Notes: a model not told the origin generated them from the letters alone. A stretch of 64,000 bases of DNA from Sphaerodactylus townsendi (GCF_021028975.2 NC_059438.1:28024001-28088000), one strand, 5' to 3'; counted from the stretch's first letter, positions 11,790 through 23,861 are shown. Translations and numbers: made by a program.

Positions 11790-12481
11790 TTTTTAAAATT
11801 TAATATTGCTTTATTGGATTAAAACATAGAAAGTTTACAAATAGAAGGGAAACAAAGTTTACAATGTCTTGCATGACTTCAATTAAATAACAAAAACAAT
11901 GGTTACGTCTGCTCAACCTTTAACTTATTTACATTTCTTTGAATTCATCATAAGTTCCATCCGTTCGTTATAAATTTGATTCATTAGGGGGGGAAATTAA
12001 ATAGGCTCGCAATTTACCGTGGAACAAAAATAAGGATAATGAGGTCTAACAAGAAAAGGCAGAAAGAAGTAATTAGGACGTAGGTTAAGTAGGATATAAG
12101 ATATAAAGAGAAGTCAAGAAGAGATAGATAAAAAGGTTATTAACATAACCCTGAGTTTATTTAAACAAGCAAATATCCGTCAAATATTGTCATCTGCACC
12201 ATCTTAAGCAGACTTCGTTAGTGAGCCTTATGTTGTTCTATTACATTTTAACTATTGCCCAAGGGAAAGAAAATGCTATATTATTTTAATAGGAAGAACA
12301 GATTAGTCAATAATAGTGTATATGTTATTTGGTATATTCTACCCTACTAATTAACACCTGGTATTACTCTTATCTATTTGTTCTACCTTATCTTAAATGA
12401 CTGTTACATACAATCAATAATTAAATAATCTATTGGATATAAGTCAACCTCTAGCTTTTCCGTTATATAGTTAGTCCAGAG
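11790..12481 (-). mobile_element. 5'-truncated LINE (L1-type) 3' end with a 15-bp TSD
   Basis: TAGCCATTAAATTCT at 11775-11789 and 12482-12496; T-tract and TTTATT at the left end; minus strand begins with a short open frame LWTNYITEKLEVDLYPIDYLIIDCM*. Confidence 0.75.
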
Positions 12482-13599
12482 TAGCCATTAAATTCTGATG
12501 CGCAGAGTCATCTATCACTGTGCAAAAAATTGGGACCCCACATTGAGTGGTCCAATGTAAAATTTACTGACTCTGGAGAAGACAGAGTGTGATATGGTTT
12601 TCCTTTGATCAAAGGGATCAAAGACGTTACACTTGAATTGCCAAATGCCAAGTTAGAATCTGGAGCTTGTGCTGCACCTTCAGGCACTTGCTCAAGCATT
12701 GCAAGGGGCTGCGCTTCATGAAGACATGATTACATGAAGCCATTCTGACCAGACAAAATAGGCATTGGAAGAATGGGGAGCATGTCCCCGAACCTCACAA
12801 CAGGCGGGTCGTATTTTGATCTGACTGACGGGGCATCTTCTCAGTACCCAAACTCTTTTAAAGCAAATGGGCTTTCCTTGGGAGACTCTGGAAAAACCTT
12901 CAATTGGCAATCTAGGGATCACCATAGTTGACTGCATTTTAAGGGAGGGGGGGAATAAGGCTTTGGAAGGCACCTCCTTAAAACACCAATAGTAGCACGG
13001 GAAGCCCAATTCCGTTAGCAAAACTGATCAGGGCGAAATTTTAATGTCTCTCTCCTCTTACTGCATGGTCTCAATCTGAATCCCAACAGCACGCAGACAT
13101 AGTTTGCCTTTCATAGATGATCTTTGTTACATCTTTTGTTTATGTCTTGTAACTCTCATTTCCATGCACCCAGACACCTGTCTAGTCTTATCGTGAAGCT
13201 AGAAATCAGTGATCAAGGATGAGATTGACCACCATAACTGGAAGAGAGGATAAGAAGCAAGGTCAGGCCTGTTTTGAGACCTGGCTCTGTCTCCAAACTC
13301 ACCAATGTGACAGCTGCAGGTTGTCACTTCGCTAGTACTGAATCACACCCCTCCCCATAAACGCTGCTGCTACAACCAAGGAGTCGAATTTACCACCACC
13401 CCCACTCCAAGTGATGGCCTTGTATGGGTGAGGTCATGGAGTGAACTTCAATGTTTCTTTCCTTCCCATACTCAAGACAGCTGTGGATGTCAGACATATA
13501 TCACCCCGTTCCCAAAGTTAGCTCCCAGATTTGATGGGGAGGGCAATCTTTGTTCCTAATAAGTGCAGGAAAATGCCTGAGAACATTTCATTTCTTTAT

Positions 13600-15000
13600 C
13601 ATTCTGAACATTTTCCTGCCTAATCCTAAAGAATCTGCTAAAGACTTGGTGCAGCTCTTGAATTCATTTAGCAAAGCCTCGGGGTACAAGGTTAATCTAG
13701 ACAAATCAGAATAGATGGGTCTTTAATATAAATAGTCTGTAAAAATGGACTGGCTAAATTTTGCTCCATGGTATGGAAAATGGATTATATTAAATATCTA
13801 GGACTTGGGGATATTTCATTAGTTACAAATAATCATTAGATGTTATTCCTGGAGGTGGAAAAAGACTTAAGCTTCTGGCATCCTCTCTCTCTGTCTTTGA
13901 TGGATGGCAAAGTCCCCACTGCGAAGATGAATATTCTGCCTAAAATTCTTTTCTTATTTATTAACATCCTATTGCAAGTTAAATCCTCCCCATTAGATAG
14001 CTGGCAGACGTTGATTTTTAAGTTCCTTTGACCGGTTAATCCACCCAGAATGGGGACTAAAACCCTTTGTAGAAAAGAGAGGAAGGGAGGGTTTGGGGGT
14101 TTTTAACATCAAACTATTCTAAAGCGGTTAAATGAGAAGCCGTGAGAGAACTGTTTATCCCGAAGACAAAATGCATTGTTAGTAAAATCTGTTCTCGCAC
14201 ACACACAAATTATTTGTTTTCAAGGAAGAAGCATGAGATTCAATGTTACTTTAGTTTAGTTTCAGTAGTACCCTAAGAGTTATATCCTTCTGAGACCATT
14301 TTACTTCAATGGATGTAGAACAGCATAACTCTGCATAAGGTGGTACTGTTAATCTGGTATGAATCTGAGCCTCTCAATATATATATATATATAACGAGAA
14401 GAAAAACATATATATATTAAATGAGCAACTGATAGATAAGAATTTTTAGGAAATACTTGCATTTAGAGGAATTAGAAACTGTACGCCATTAGGATACCCA
14501 GAAAAGAAATTCCTATACATCCCTGTGGAAGGTGCCTGTCTACTAATGCAGAACCTGCTCCATATCTTGTGGTCTTATTCAAGTCAATCATTCTGGCATC
14601 AAGTACTTGGCTTGGTTAGTGAGAGGACTGAAGAGGAAATTCCTCCTGATTTTTTTATTGTGCTACATGAGGGATGGAATTGAGGGGACTGATCTTGACT
14701 CAGGAATTAGTTTATTAATGGCAGCCAAATTGTCAATTGTGACTTCTTCGGTACAGTCAGATCAATTCAGAAATAAATGTGATCTTGATGACTGAAATGA
14801 CCTGCTAGTAGGAGCCAGAGAGGTTCAGACAGGCCCACAACTGTCCTGAAGGGCAAGGCAAGAAAGTGTTTATCAACAAGGTTGGTATTTCTTCAGTTTT
14901 TAAGTTTTTAGGGAAATCCTATTTTACTGTGTATGGCTTTGATTATAATTTTGATGTATTTTGCAGTGTTGACATTTGTGCAATCTTTTTCATTTTCTGT
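13600..15000 (+). mobile_element. Degraded L1 ORF2 (RT through C-terminus)
   Basis: Translates to NPKESAKDLVQLLNSFSKASGYKVNLDKSE, IKYLG and LSLSLMDGKVPTAKMNILPKILFLF (L1 RT motifs), with stops and frameshifts. Confidence 0.8.
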
Positions 15001-15512
15001 GTGCTATTTTTACTTTTTGTCCTGGTTTTTTTAGAAATATACTCTGAGAGCGAAAAAGAAAATTCTGGGCATTTATCATTTACCAGCAAATCATGGAAAA
15101 AATGGATCATTTATTGAAAAAGTTCTTTGATCAAAATAGGGAAAATCATAAATAGTCAGATAACAAAGTGCTGTTCTGACATTTACCCCTTGCCAATGGC
15201 CTAAATCATGATCAATAAATAATGGTAATTGCCTTTGAGATTTACCAATGAAATCTTTCACCACTTCTCATTGGTGATCACCTGAATTTTTGACATTCAC
15301 CATAAATAATAGATATTTAAAGCATTCTTAAATTGTGATGATTAAAACATCCAAATACTTCTCTTAAGATTGCCAAAGGTGGCATGAATCACTAGACAAC
15401 TCTGTTTAGGAATAACACATGAAACAATAGTTTGGGAACCAAAAACACACAGAGGAATTGCTTCCCATTGATCACCAATTACTGTAACAAATCTGTGATG
15501 TTTCCATTCTAG

Positions 15513-15569
15513 GCTTGGCGGAAATATGATACAGATCGTAGCGGCTACATAGAAGCCAATGAGCTCCAG
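15513..15569 (+). CDS. CALB2: Calretinin exon 5 (57 bp)
   Basis: ttctag|GCTTGG...CTCCAG|gtgggt; AWRKYDTDRSGYIEANELQ (EF-hand 3). Confidence 0.96.
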
Positions 15570-16141
15570 GTGGGTTGTATGAGAAGTCCTTTCTGGGTTC
15601 TTGAGGGATGAGATACAAAATGGATCAGAGCTGAACTTTAAGAAAATGCTAATTGCTGAAACCAATGGTACACATTTTCTAATGCAAAAGCAAATTGAAC
15701 AATCAAAATAACAAGAATAACCAAAGAAAGAATACTCCAGCTTTATATCATGTGTTGAAAATGCTTTAGAGACCGGCCATGATCATCTTCAATAAGATAG
15801 AAAAGTTCATTTTTATACCCCACTTTCCTCTACCATAAGGAGTCTCCAAGCAGCTCACAATCACAATCCCTTCTTCTCTCCACAACAGAAAAGTTTAAAA
15901 AGGAAATGAAAGAAAGTAATGAGAAGTAAAACAAAGATAAAGGGGAGCCTGTTTTCAAGAGCTCAATGGCTCACTCACACTGCTGATTGTTATGCTGCGG
16001 GAACCATGATTAACATTATAAATTTGATGAATGAACGAACGAACAAACAAACATGAGGATGTGTTATAAGGTGGGGGTTTCCCAGTCTACACTTTGAATT
16101 CTGCACATTTTTATTTATTTGGTACATTGTATCCTGTTCTT

Positions 16142-16355
16142 GAGAGCCAGCATTGTGTAATTGTTAAGGAGTGGTGGAGTATAAGCTGGTGAGCCGGGTT
16201 TCACTACTCCACATGAAGCATGCTGGGTTACCTTGGACCAGTCACAGTTCTCTCAGAACTCTCTCAGTCCCTCCTTCAAAAGGTGCCTGTTATGGGGAGG
16301 GGGAAGAGAATGTGTAAGCTCCTTAGAGACTCCTTAAACTAGTAAAAAGGCATGG
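16142..16355 (+). mobile_element. Squam3-like SINE, older copy
   Basis: gagagccagcattgtgtaattgttaagg...gggttaccttggaccagtcacag... Confidence 0.7.
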
Positions 16356-16434
16356 TATTTGTTTTAAAAGCCCTGCTCTTCCTTTAAAAACCTTGGTGCA
16401 AAATACATAATTTTGCCCCCTTTTTACACCACCT

Positions 16435-16768
16435 CCAGCGTGGTGTAGTGGTTAAGAGCAGGTGCACTCTAATCTGGAGAACTGGGTTTGATTCCCTGCT
16501 CTGCCACTTTAGCTGTGGAGGATTATCTGGTGAACCAGATTAGTTTGTGCACTCCCACACCTCCCAGCTGGGTGACCTTGGGCTAGTCACAGTTCTTTGG
16601 AACTCTCTCAGCCCCACCCACCTCACAGTGTGTTTGTTGTGTGGGGGAGAAGGGAAAGGAGATTGTAAGCCCCTTTGAGTCTCCTTATAGGAGAGAAAGG
16701 GGGAGATAAATCCCACCACCACCACCTCCTCTTCCTCTTCTTCTTCTTCTTCTTCTTCTTCTTCACCT
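16435..16768 (+). mobile_element. Full-length Squam3-like SINE with (CCA)/(CTT)n tail
   Basis: A box tggtgtagtgg, B box ggtttgattcc, CORE-like gggtgaccttgggctagtcac, microsatellite tail. Confidence 0.88.
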
Positions 16769-16841
16769 TCTGAGTAAATGTGTTTATGATCAGGCTGTAA
16801 ATCACTCGGAACCTTCTCATAATGCCTCGCTTTCTTTGCAG

Positions 16842-16919
16842 GGATTCCTGTCTGATTTGTTAGAGAAAGCGAACAAGCCCTATGAGGAATCAAAGCTACA
16901 AGAATACACACAGACTATA
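16842..16919 (+). CDS. CALB2: Calretinin exon 6 (78 bp)
   Basis: ttgcag|GGATTC...ACTATA|gtaagt; GFLSDLLEKANKPYEESKLQEYTQTI. Confidence 0.96.
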
Positions 16920-17879
16920 GTAAGTGGGGGAAGTATCTGGCCTCCAATGGAAGGCTGCTCAGCTTGGAAATATTGTGCATGATGCCCAGCTACTTTTCTG
17001 CAAATTTTGGCTGTCCAGGGTAACAGGGAGAGAGGGAAACTCTTGGCAGAAAAGAGATGAGCTGCAGTGGACAACGTTTATCTTGAAGAAAGAGAAGTGC
17101 TGGGACTCCAGTGAGACTCAGCCTAGAAATTCTGCAATCAGATGAGACAACAGCACCCTGCACATATGCAGAAACACTCTCTTTTCAAACAGGATTTTAC
17201 TTGTATTTGTGAACATTTGTAAGATGAAGGTGCATTACTGAGACATATTCTACGCAATGGCAAATGCAGAGATAAAGAGAGACCACGTAAATATATTTTA
17301 AAAATTAAATGTTGATCTTTTTATAGAAGATAATGTTTTAAGTCCAAAATGTGAGAGCTCCAGCAGGCAAACAAGGTCAAGGTGATCAAATTTTAGAGTA
17401 ATAAGTCCCCTCAATGCTCTAATTACAGCTAGATTTTATTCCAGTAGCACCTTAGAAACCAACAAGATTTTGGGGGAATAAGCTGTTATGAGTGAAAGAT
17501 CCCTTCGTCAGATACAAGTTGAAATGATCCACAAAAACCTGACTGATTGGGATTGCTGACATCTCTATGCTAGTCTAGAAATTATTCCCCCAGATTGTAG
17601 CCAGGAAGCCTCATCAGCTCAGTATGATACTCCATGTCCTACAAAAACCAGCCTCGCCAAACTTCTTACAGATTGTTATTTCATGATACAACTGGAAACA
17701 GCGGGGCTATTAGGACTTGGCAAAATGAGATGGTGGGGAGAGACAGCTTCCATGCCGCCGTTCTAAACTGTATCATGCTTTCCTTAATTTTAAGAGACAT
17801 TTTCTCTAGCTGCTGATGTGACTGCAGGGATTGTGAATGTGGTCCAGGGCCCAACACCTTAAAAAAGTAACATCTAGCT

Positions 17880-18045
17880 TGGCCCTCAGTGGTAGAGCAT
17901 ATGCTGAGAATGCAGACATATATCGGTAGAGGAGCTAGAAAAGATCTTTTTCCTCTAGAAAACCTGGAGGGCGACTGCCAGTCAGAGTAAACAACACCGA
18001 GCTTGATAGACCAGTGGCCTGAATTAGTATAAGGCAGCTTAATAA
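17880..18045 (+). mobile_element. Squam2-like tRNA SINE
   Basis: ctcagtggtagagcatatgct head; tail ctgccagtcagag...agtataaggcagctt. Confidence 0.6.
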
Positions 18046-18213
18046 ATTCAACCAACCAGCAACCTAGCAGGTTTTGCTGTGCACACACACACACACCCCG
18101 GTCTGTCTTTGATTACAACACAGTTTACATGTAGAAAATGAATCCAGGCTATACATTGGGAATGCCCCAGTATCCTGAGGGCCACTAACAGGCTGTCATT
18201 TTGTACCTTGCAG

Positions 18214-18269
18214 CTGCGGATGTTTGATTTGAATGGGGATGGAAAGCTTTGCCTGTCGGAAATGTCACG
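18214..18269 (+). CDS. CALB2: Calretinin exon 7 (56 bp)
   Basis: ttgcag|CTGCGG...TCACG|gtaaga; LRMFDLNGDGKLCLSEMS(R) (EF-hand 4). Confidence 0.96.
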
Positions 18270-19032
18270 GTAAGATTTTCTGTTTGTGTTGTTTAGAAAT
18301 GCAAACAGAGCCCCTGGGTGTTGGGTGAACTGTCATTTCTGCAGCTTCAGAGTCAAAATAGATAAAAATTCTAACATATCCGTGAATGGATCTCTAGAGT
18401 GTTTTTAAAACCAAAAAATAACAGCCATGGAGCCCCCATCTGCATTACGGCTGCTGTGCCCAGGGAAAGTGGAGTGAGCTAATGCCATACCACCCCCACT
18501 CCTGTTCCCTGTGGCAGGATCATAAAAATGACATTTGAGGAACTTGTATGTTTCCCACAAAGCGACAAATAGCAGCTCAGGTGGGAGGAGGATCTGAGAA
18601 GTGTGAACAGCATGGAGCACAAGAATATAACCTTCTTTTTCTCCTAAGGGGTAGTCCCAATCCAAATAGCGGGGGGATTGCTGCTATTTACCAATAAAAA
18701 TGGTAAATATGGCCATAGATAAAAGAAATATTAAAGCACAGAACAAATAAATTTGCCAAATTCAGATCCAGGCAAACTTGACTTCCTCTGGATTCTTAAC
18801 AAAACAGGAGTTTTCTTCTTGTTGGAAAGTGGTCACCATAGTTGTAAATGAAATGATTGTTCCCTTCTCTGATTTGCAATTCTCCTTAGCCAAACTCTGA
18901 ATAGTTAAGTAGAGATACAGAACTTACCACTTCAGATCTGTCTCTTGTAGATCATTTGCTAATTACCAAATCCAATTCCAATATTCCAGTCTCCAAATGT
19001 CACCCATCCACCAACTTATAGCAAACAAAAAT

Positions 19033-19212
19033 GTAGCTGGTTGTTGTGGGTTTTCTGGGCTGTATGGTCATGATCTGGTAGTTTTAGCTCTTAACATTTT
19101 GTTCATAACTATGGCTAGCATCTTCAGAGGCATGTCACAGTAAGTGGTGTTTCTGAGATGTGTTTTGAGTAGCCAACTGATTCCAGCTGTGCAAGCCTTT
19201 GACCATACATTA
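19033..19212 (+). mobile_element. Penelope-like fragment
   Basis: ctggttgttgtgggttttctgggctgtatgg...ggctagcatcttcagagg motif, recalled from reptile Penelope elements. Confidence 0.5.
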
Positions 19213-19329
19213 AAATGTCATTCTTGTTGTCCTGGTGGAATCCCCATGAACACCCCTTTCAGGGTACAGATCTCTTTTCTTCTTGACTGAAATGTTCCCA
19301 TGGCTGATGTTCTCCTGTTCATATTACAG

Positions 19330-19369
19330 ACTGCTGCCTGTGCAAGAGAACTTTCTCCTTAAATTTCAG
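19330..19369 (+). CDS. CALB2: Calretinin exon 8 (40 bp)
   Basis: ttacag|ACTGCTG...TTTCAG|gtaaag; (R)LLPVQENFLLKFQ. Confidence 0.95.
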
Positions 19370-19456
19370 GTAAAGGCTCTGAGGATTATTTTCTCCAGCA
19401 GCATTTCGCTAGTTTTTCCTTCTCAGTTTTCCTTTTCTCTTTTTCGTTTTACACAG

Positions 19457-19510
19457 GGGATGAAACTAGATGCAGAAGAATTCAATGCTATCTTTGCATT
19501 TTATGACAAG
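19457..19510 (+). CDS. CALB2: Calretinin exon 9 (54 bp)
   Basis: acacag|GGGATG...GACAAG|gtacaa; GMKLDAEEFNAIFAFYDK. Confidence 0.95.
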
Positions 19511-20210
19511 GTACAAGATCTGGGATGAGATTTTTTTAAAAAATAATCTGTTTATGGGTGAATATATGAATCTGCTGGACCCTCAGAGTCTCTTCCCTCT
19601 TCCACTGGCCTTACCTCCTCCTTCAAATCTATGCACTGAGGTATAACAGTAATTTCCAGTAGGCAGGCTGAGTTTAAGACTGGTATGCTTCCAGGACTTC
19701 CAGTGGAATGAGCATTTCACTCGGGGCGGGGGGGGGGGTTCCTCTGAGTGCTCCCAAACAACACACAGCTGACAGGGGCTATTTTTGCTGGCTGCAGAGC
19801 AATTTTTCTTAGTTCTCATCTCCCCAGATATTGGGGACCTCAAATTTGACAGGTGGACTCCAAGGGTCCTCTAGCTCAAAAAAAAAATCTAGAATCAGCA
19901 GTGTGAGTGAGCCACTGAGCTCCTGAAAACAGCCTCACCTTTATCTTTGTTTTCCTTCTCGTTAACCTTTCTCTCATTTCCCTTTTTAACTTTTCCTTTT
20001 TATTACCCTTGTTGCTATTACTGTTAACTTTTTTTCTTGTAACCTTTTGTTAATAAAATAAAAATTATTTTAAACAAATACTGGTGTGCCTTTAAGCAGA
20101 ATAGGTTTTTAATGAGGCCAGACAAGATATTTAGGAAAAATAAGGAAGGCTTTAAACGCTCCAACTTGTGGCATTTCTTAATCTTTCTATATTATCCTGA
20201 TAATTTCCAG

Positions 20211-20282
20211 GATGGCAGTGGCTTCATTGATGAGCATGAACTGGATGCCCTATTGAAAGATCTCTATGAGAAAGACAAGAAG
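20211..20282 (+). CDS. CALB2: Calretinin exon 10 (72 bp)
   Basis: ttccag|GATGGC...AAGAAG|gtgaga; DGSGFIDEHELDALLKDLYEKDKK (EF-hand 5). Confidence 0.96.
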
Positions 20283-21099
20283 GTGAGAAAAGGCTTGCTT
20301 GTGGTGGCTGGACTGCATTTTCACTCTAAATTCATGGGTTTCTACTTCATCATGATCCTTTCCCAGCTGCAGCTACAGAAACTTGCCCTTACTTAACTAA
20401 AAGATTGAAGCAGCAACCTAAGGCCATATGTTGTCAGAAGTAGAAAACCCAAGCACTTCATGCCTTACCATAGACTTTGCAGGATGCTATGGGAGAGGTT
20501 TTATTTATTTCATGTAATTGCTTCATTTATATCCCCCCCCCCCGTTTCCCACCAATGGGGATCCAAAGCAGCTTATGTTGCTTTCCTCTCAATTTAATCC
20601 ACAAAACAGCCCTTTGAGGTAGAACCTAGTCTAATTCAGGCAGTTGTTTATTAATTTACTACATTGTTATCCCATTCTTCTTCCACGAAGCTTGGGGCAG
20701 AGTACACTGGCCTCCCCTGTTTTACCATGACTATACCTCTATCAGATAGATTAGGGTGAGAGAGTGTGATAGGCCCAAGGTCACCCAACAAGCTTCATGG
20801 CACAGTGGGGGTTCGAACCTGGGTCTCCCAGAACCTAATCCAAAACTTTAACCACCAAACCAGGCTGGCTGACTAATAAAAGAAAGAAATCAGTTCATTT
20901 CTATACTAAGAATGGTGGAATGAGCTGTTGAAACAGAAACATTTTCTGTGCAACAGACCAAGACTAATCACGAAATCTTATGCAGAGGCATTCCAGAAAC
21001 TGACATTGGTGGTCTTAGGCTGCAGAAACCATGCATAGAATTGCATTAAAAGAAATAGAGGTCTAGAAGAAATTATGTGGTTCTAGACTGAGCAGTGGA

Positions 21100-21247
21100 G
21101 AGAAGAAGAGTTTGATTTATATCCCCCCTTACTCGTAAGGAGACTCAAAGGGGCTTACAATCTCCTTTCCCTTCCCCTCCACACCACAAACACCTTTTGA
21201 GGTGGGTGGGGTTGAGAGAGCTCCAAAGAACTGTGACTAGCCCAAGG
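21100..21247 (-). mobile_element. Squam3-like SINE, 3' half
   Basis: gaagaagagtttgatttatatccccc...gactagcccaagg. Confidence 0.8.
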
Positions 21248-22699
21248 ACACAAAATATACCTGTTCAAATATATATTAGTTTGCAAAACAAGGATTTCTT
21301 GTGGGGAAGAAAAAGTGGAACCAAAAATAAGGTAAAGGGGTCTCTTTATATAGGCTTCCTATTTATACAGGCCTCTCTACATGGGCTTCATCTCCCTCCT
21401 CCTAATCAACACAAGGAAAGCAGCATCCTGCTACTTGGCCCATCCTTCTGGTACTGAGGCAAACTGCATTACTTCTCCAGCTTGTCTGAGTTGTGGATTC
21501 AGGAGCTGCCCTGTTTAAAAATAAATAAATAAATAAATAAGTCAAAGGAAGCGAGCTGGACAAAAGCATGGCAGGCAGTTTTGGATCCATATAGGTAGGG
21601 ACCTAATTGAGAGCTGTTCTCAAGGCCAAATTAGATGCAATGTGATCAGGAGTTAATCCACGATTCACCCCATGGATTATTTCCAGGATGCCTCGTTTAT
21701 CCCTGTTACTGAATATCATCCATTAACTTAAACAAACAGGGATGAAAGGGGAAAATATCAGGTCTCTCGACCTGATTTCACCTCGTACAGTAGGCAAGAG
21801 GGCAGAATAAAAATGTAGCTCATTTATTGGGACTTACGTTCGGAAGCTACCATTTTCACTGGAGGATGAAAGAGTAGAGGGAGGACCCTTAGTGTGCGAA
21901 AGGCAAAATTAATTCAAGGTCTGGTATTGTGGAAGCATTGCCATGGCTGTTGTCATTACTGAGTGTGAATTTGTTTGCGGGTAAGTTTTTGTAGTGTGCT
22001 ATGCACTGTTGCACAAGCAGAGAATCAAAAATGGCTGCTGGAGCAGAGGCTGTTGGGAGCAAACAAAATCAGGGGAGAGGAATCTGGGTATACCTTTTTA
22101 CCATGGGAATTTTTGATAATTTTGCTACTGGGCTTCATGGATTTCTGTACCCTTACCTAGGCTGAGCAAGCTGCTCTTGTCTGTGCTTAGATCTGCAAAA
22201 CTGGTAGGGCATCCCCAGCTCAAATTTCCCATTGCTGCCAGAGCAGTTACAGTAGTCTTATTAGTACAGGAGGGACCTTAAAGATTAACTTTCATTCCAG
22301 CATATGTTTCTGAGAGTAAGAACTCACTTCACTAGTTGTATGAAGGCTTCATTCAAAGTGTCAGACAACAGAAATTATTGTTCAGGATTCTACATCTGGC
22401 TGTGAAAGCTCTTGTTTTAAAACTTACATTTTAAATTTGCCATAATCTCTATTTGGAATTTGGGGTTTTAAGTTCTGTAGCTTGACTTTAAAATTTTCAG
22501 CTTTTTGTCACGTGCCCAGTGACGTGAAAAAGAATATCTGTTTGGCAAGTTTTCGTACTGTTGGCTTTTGACATTCAAAGTACTCAGTTTCTCTGCTCTT
22601 GAATGTACCTAGGAATGACACTTCTGTTTTGAGAGGAGGTTCCCTGAAGAGGCACAGAAATGCATTCATAATTCTGGGTGCAATTTGCTAGGTTTTCCT

Positions 22700-23145
22700 T
22701 GTAGTCGGCCCACGTGGTCAGCGTAAGAACGAGACGAGACGCGGAGATAACATCTGGTGGAGATCGCCAGCAGCGGGAGCGCGGAGCTCCGTGTTCCTAG
22801 CGAGTCTCCCGCGTGCTGGTTCCTGGCACCTTTTATTGCTATTCTATCGGGGGCGTGTAGGAGGGAGGAACGGGGGGAGTTCCGGGAGAGCGGGAGGTCG
22901 GGAGATCATCATGTGATGCATGATCTCACCTGGCTACGTGCGGAGAGGAGCGTAAGCGTCCGAGCCTAATCCTCACCTGGGGGCAAGACCATTGTCCCTG
23001 CGCCCGGTGACCGAGCCAGACAGTTCATGACCCGTGACTCATAGGGGGATGAGGAGTGGGGGTGCGGTGCGACCAGAAGGCCGTAGGTCCGTTGGTGTGC
23101 CAACGTTCTACCACAGTGCTGCTGGGTCAGCGGTGCATTACTACA
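22700..23145 (-). mobile_element. CpG-rich solo LTR-like insertion in CALB2 intron 10
   Basis: TGTAGT...ACTACA termini; gttttcc on both flanks; TTTATT at 22832; sharp CpG excess over the flanks. Confidence 0.7.
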
Positions 23146-23318
23146 GTTTTCCAGTGCTTCAAAGCTTAAGGAATTGGGAGAGCGATGGGAATTCTTGCAT
23201 CACACAAGATATGCTCTGACTTCTGCCCCATTCTGCCAGCATTCAAATGGAGCTAACATTTTTTTCCCAGCTCAAGCTGAACCTAACATGTCCTCCCTCC
23301 TGTGTTTCCCTTTGACAG

Positions 23319-23435
23319 GAAATGACTATCCAACAGCTCACAAGCTACAGAAAGAGCATCATGAATCTCTCAGATGGGGGGAAGCTGTACCGCAAGGAAC
23401 TGGAAATTGTCCTCTGCAATGAGCCCCTCATGTAA
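23319..23435 (+). CDS. CALB2: Calretinin exon 11, coding part to the TAA stop
   Basis: tgacag|GAAATG...ATGTAA; EMTIQQLTSYRKSIMNLSDGGKLYRKELEIVLCNEPLM*, matching the calretinin (not calbindin) C-terminus. Confidence 0.96.
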   Translation, partial: EMTIQQLTSYRKSIMNLSDGGKLYRKELEIVLCNEPLM

Positions 23436-23855
23436 AGAGCAGCAGTGTCCCTTTGCCACCCTCTATCCCTTCCCCTGCTCTGCCACTACCACAAAGGCAA
23501 AGACACCAGAATGAGCAAATGTAGAGGTGTCTGCTGACCTGCATCTGGATGATTCTCCCAACCTCACAAGACTAGGCTCGCTGATCTGCTTGTGACTGTG
23601 GACCCGGGAATCTGCACAAGAGGGTGGGAGAGGGACAGCCCTATATAACTTCATCTCTTCTGGTGGGAAGGGGCAGCTCCAACCTAGACAGTCAATTTTT
23701 CTGCCAAGCCTTGCTTCTCTCTCTCTCTCTGTAGTTATCATCGTCAGTGTTTTGTGGTTTCCCTCATCTGGAATGGATTTTTGTTCTTTTGCTTTTAATT
23801 TTTCACCTTTGATCACCTTTCATGTTCAGTCTTGTTTACCAAAAAAGAGTTTACA

Positions 23856-23861
23856 AATAAA
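23856..23861 (+). terminator. CALB2: Likely CALB2 polyadenylation signal
   Basis: First AATAAA after the stop (about 420 nt downstream), preceded by U-rich UTR sequence. Confidence 0.65.

Noticed and set aside
16435-16505. tRNA genes at the SINE heads
   Set aside because: A/B boxes are present, but there is no cloverleaf and each runs into a repeat body.
16540-16911. Poly-Glu / poly-Lys ORFs
   Set aside because: Translations of the SINE (CTT)n tail.
19548-20125. Possible third solo LTR in CALB2 intron 9
   Set aside because: LTR-like composition and an AATAAA, but I could not find matching termini with a TSD.
22700-23145. Genuine host CpG island or internal CALB2 promoter
   Set aside because: Sharp TG...CA boundaries and a flanking duplication fit an inserted element better.
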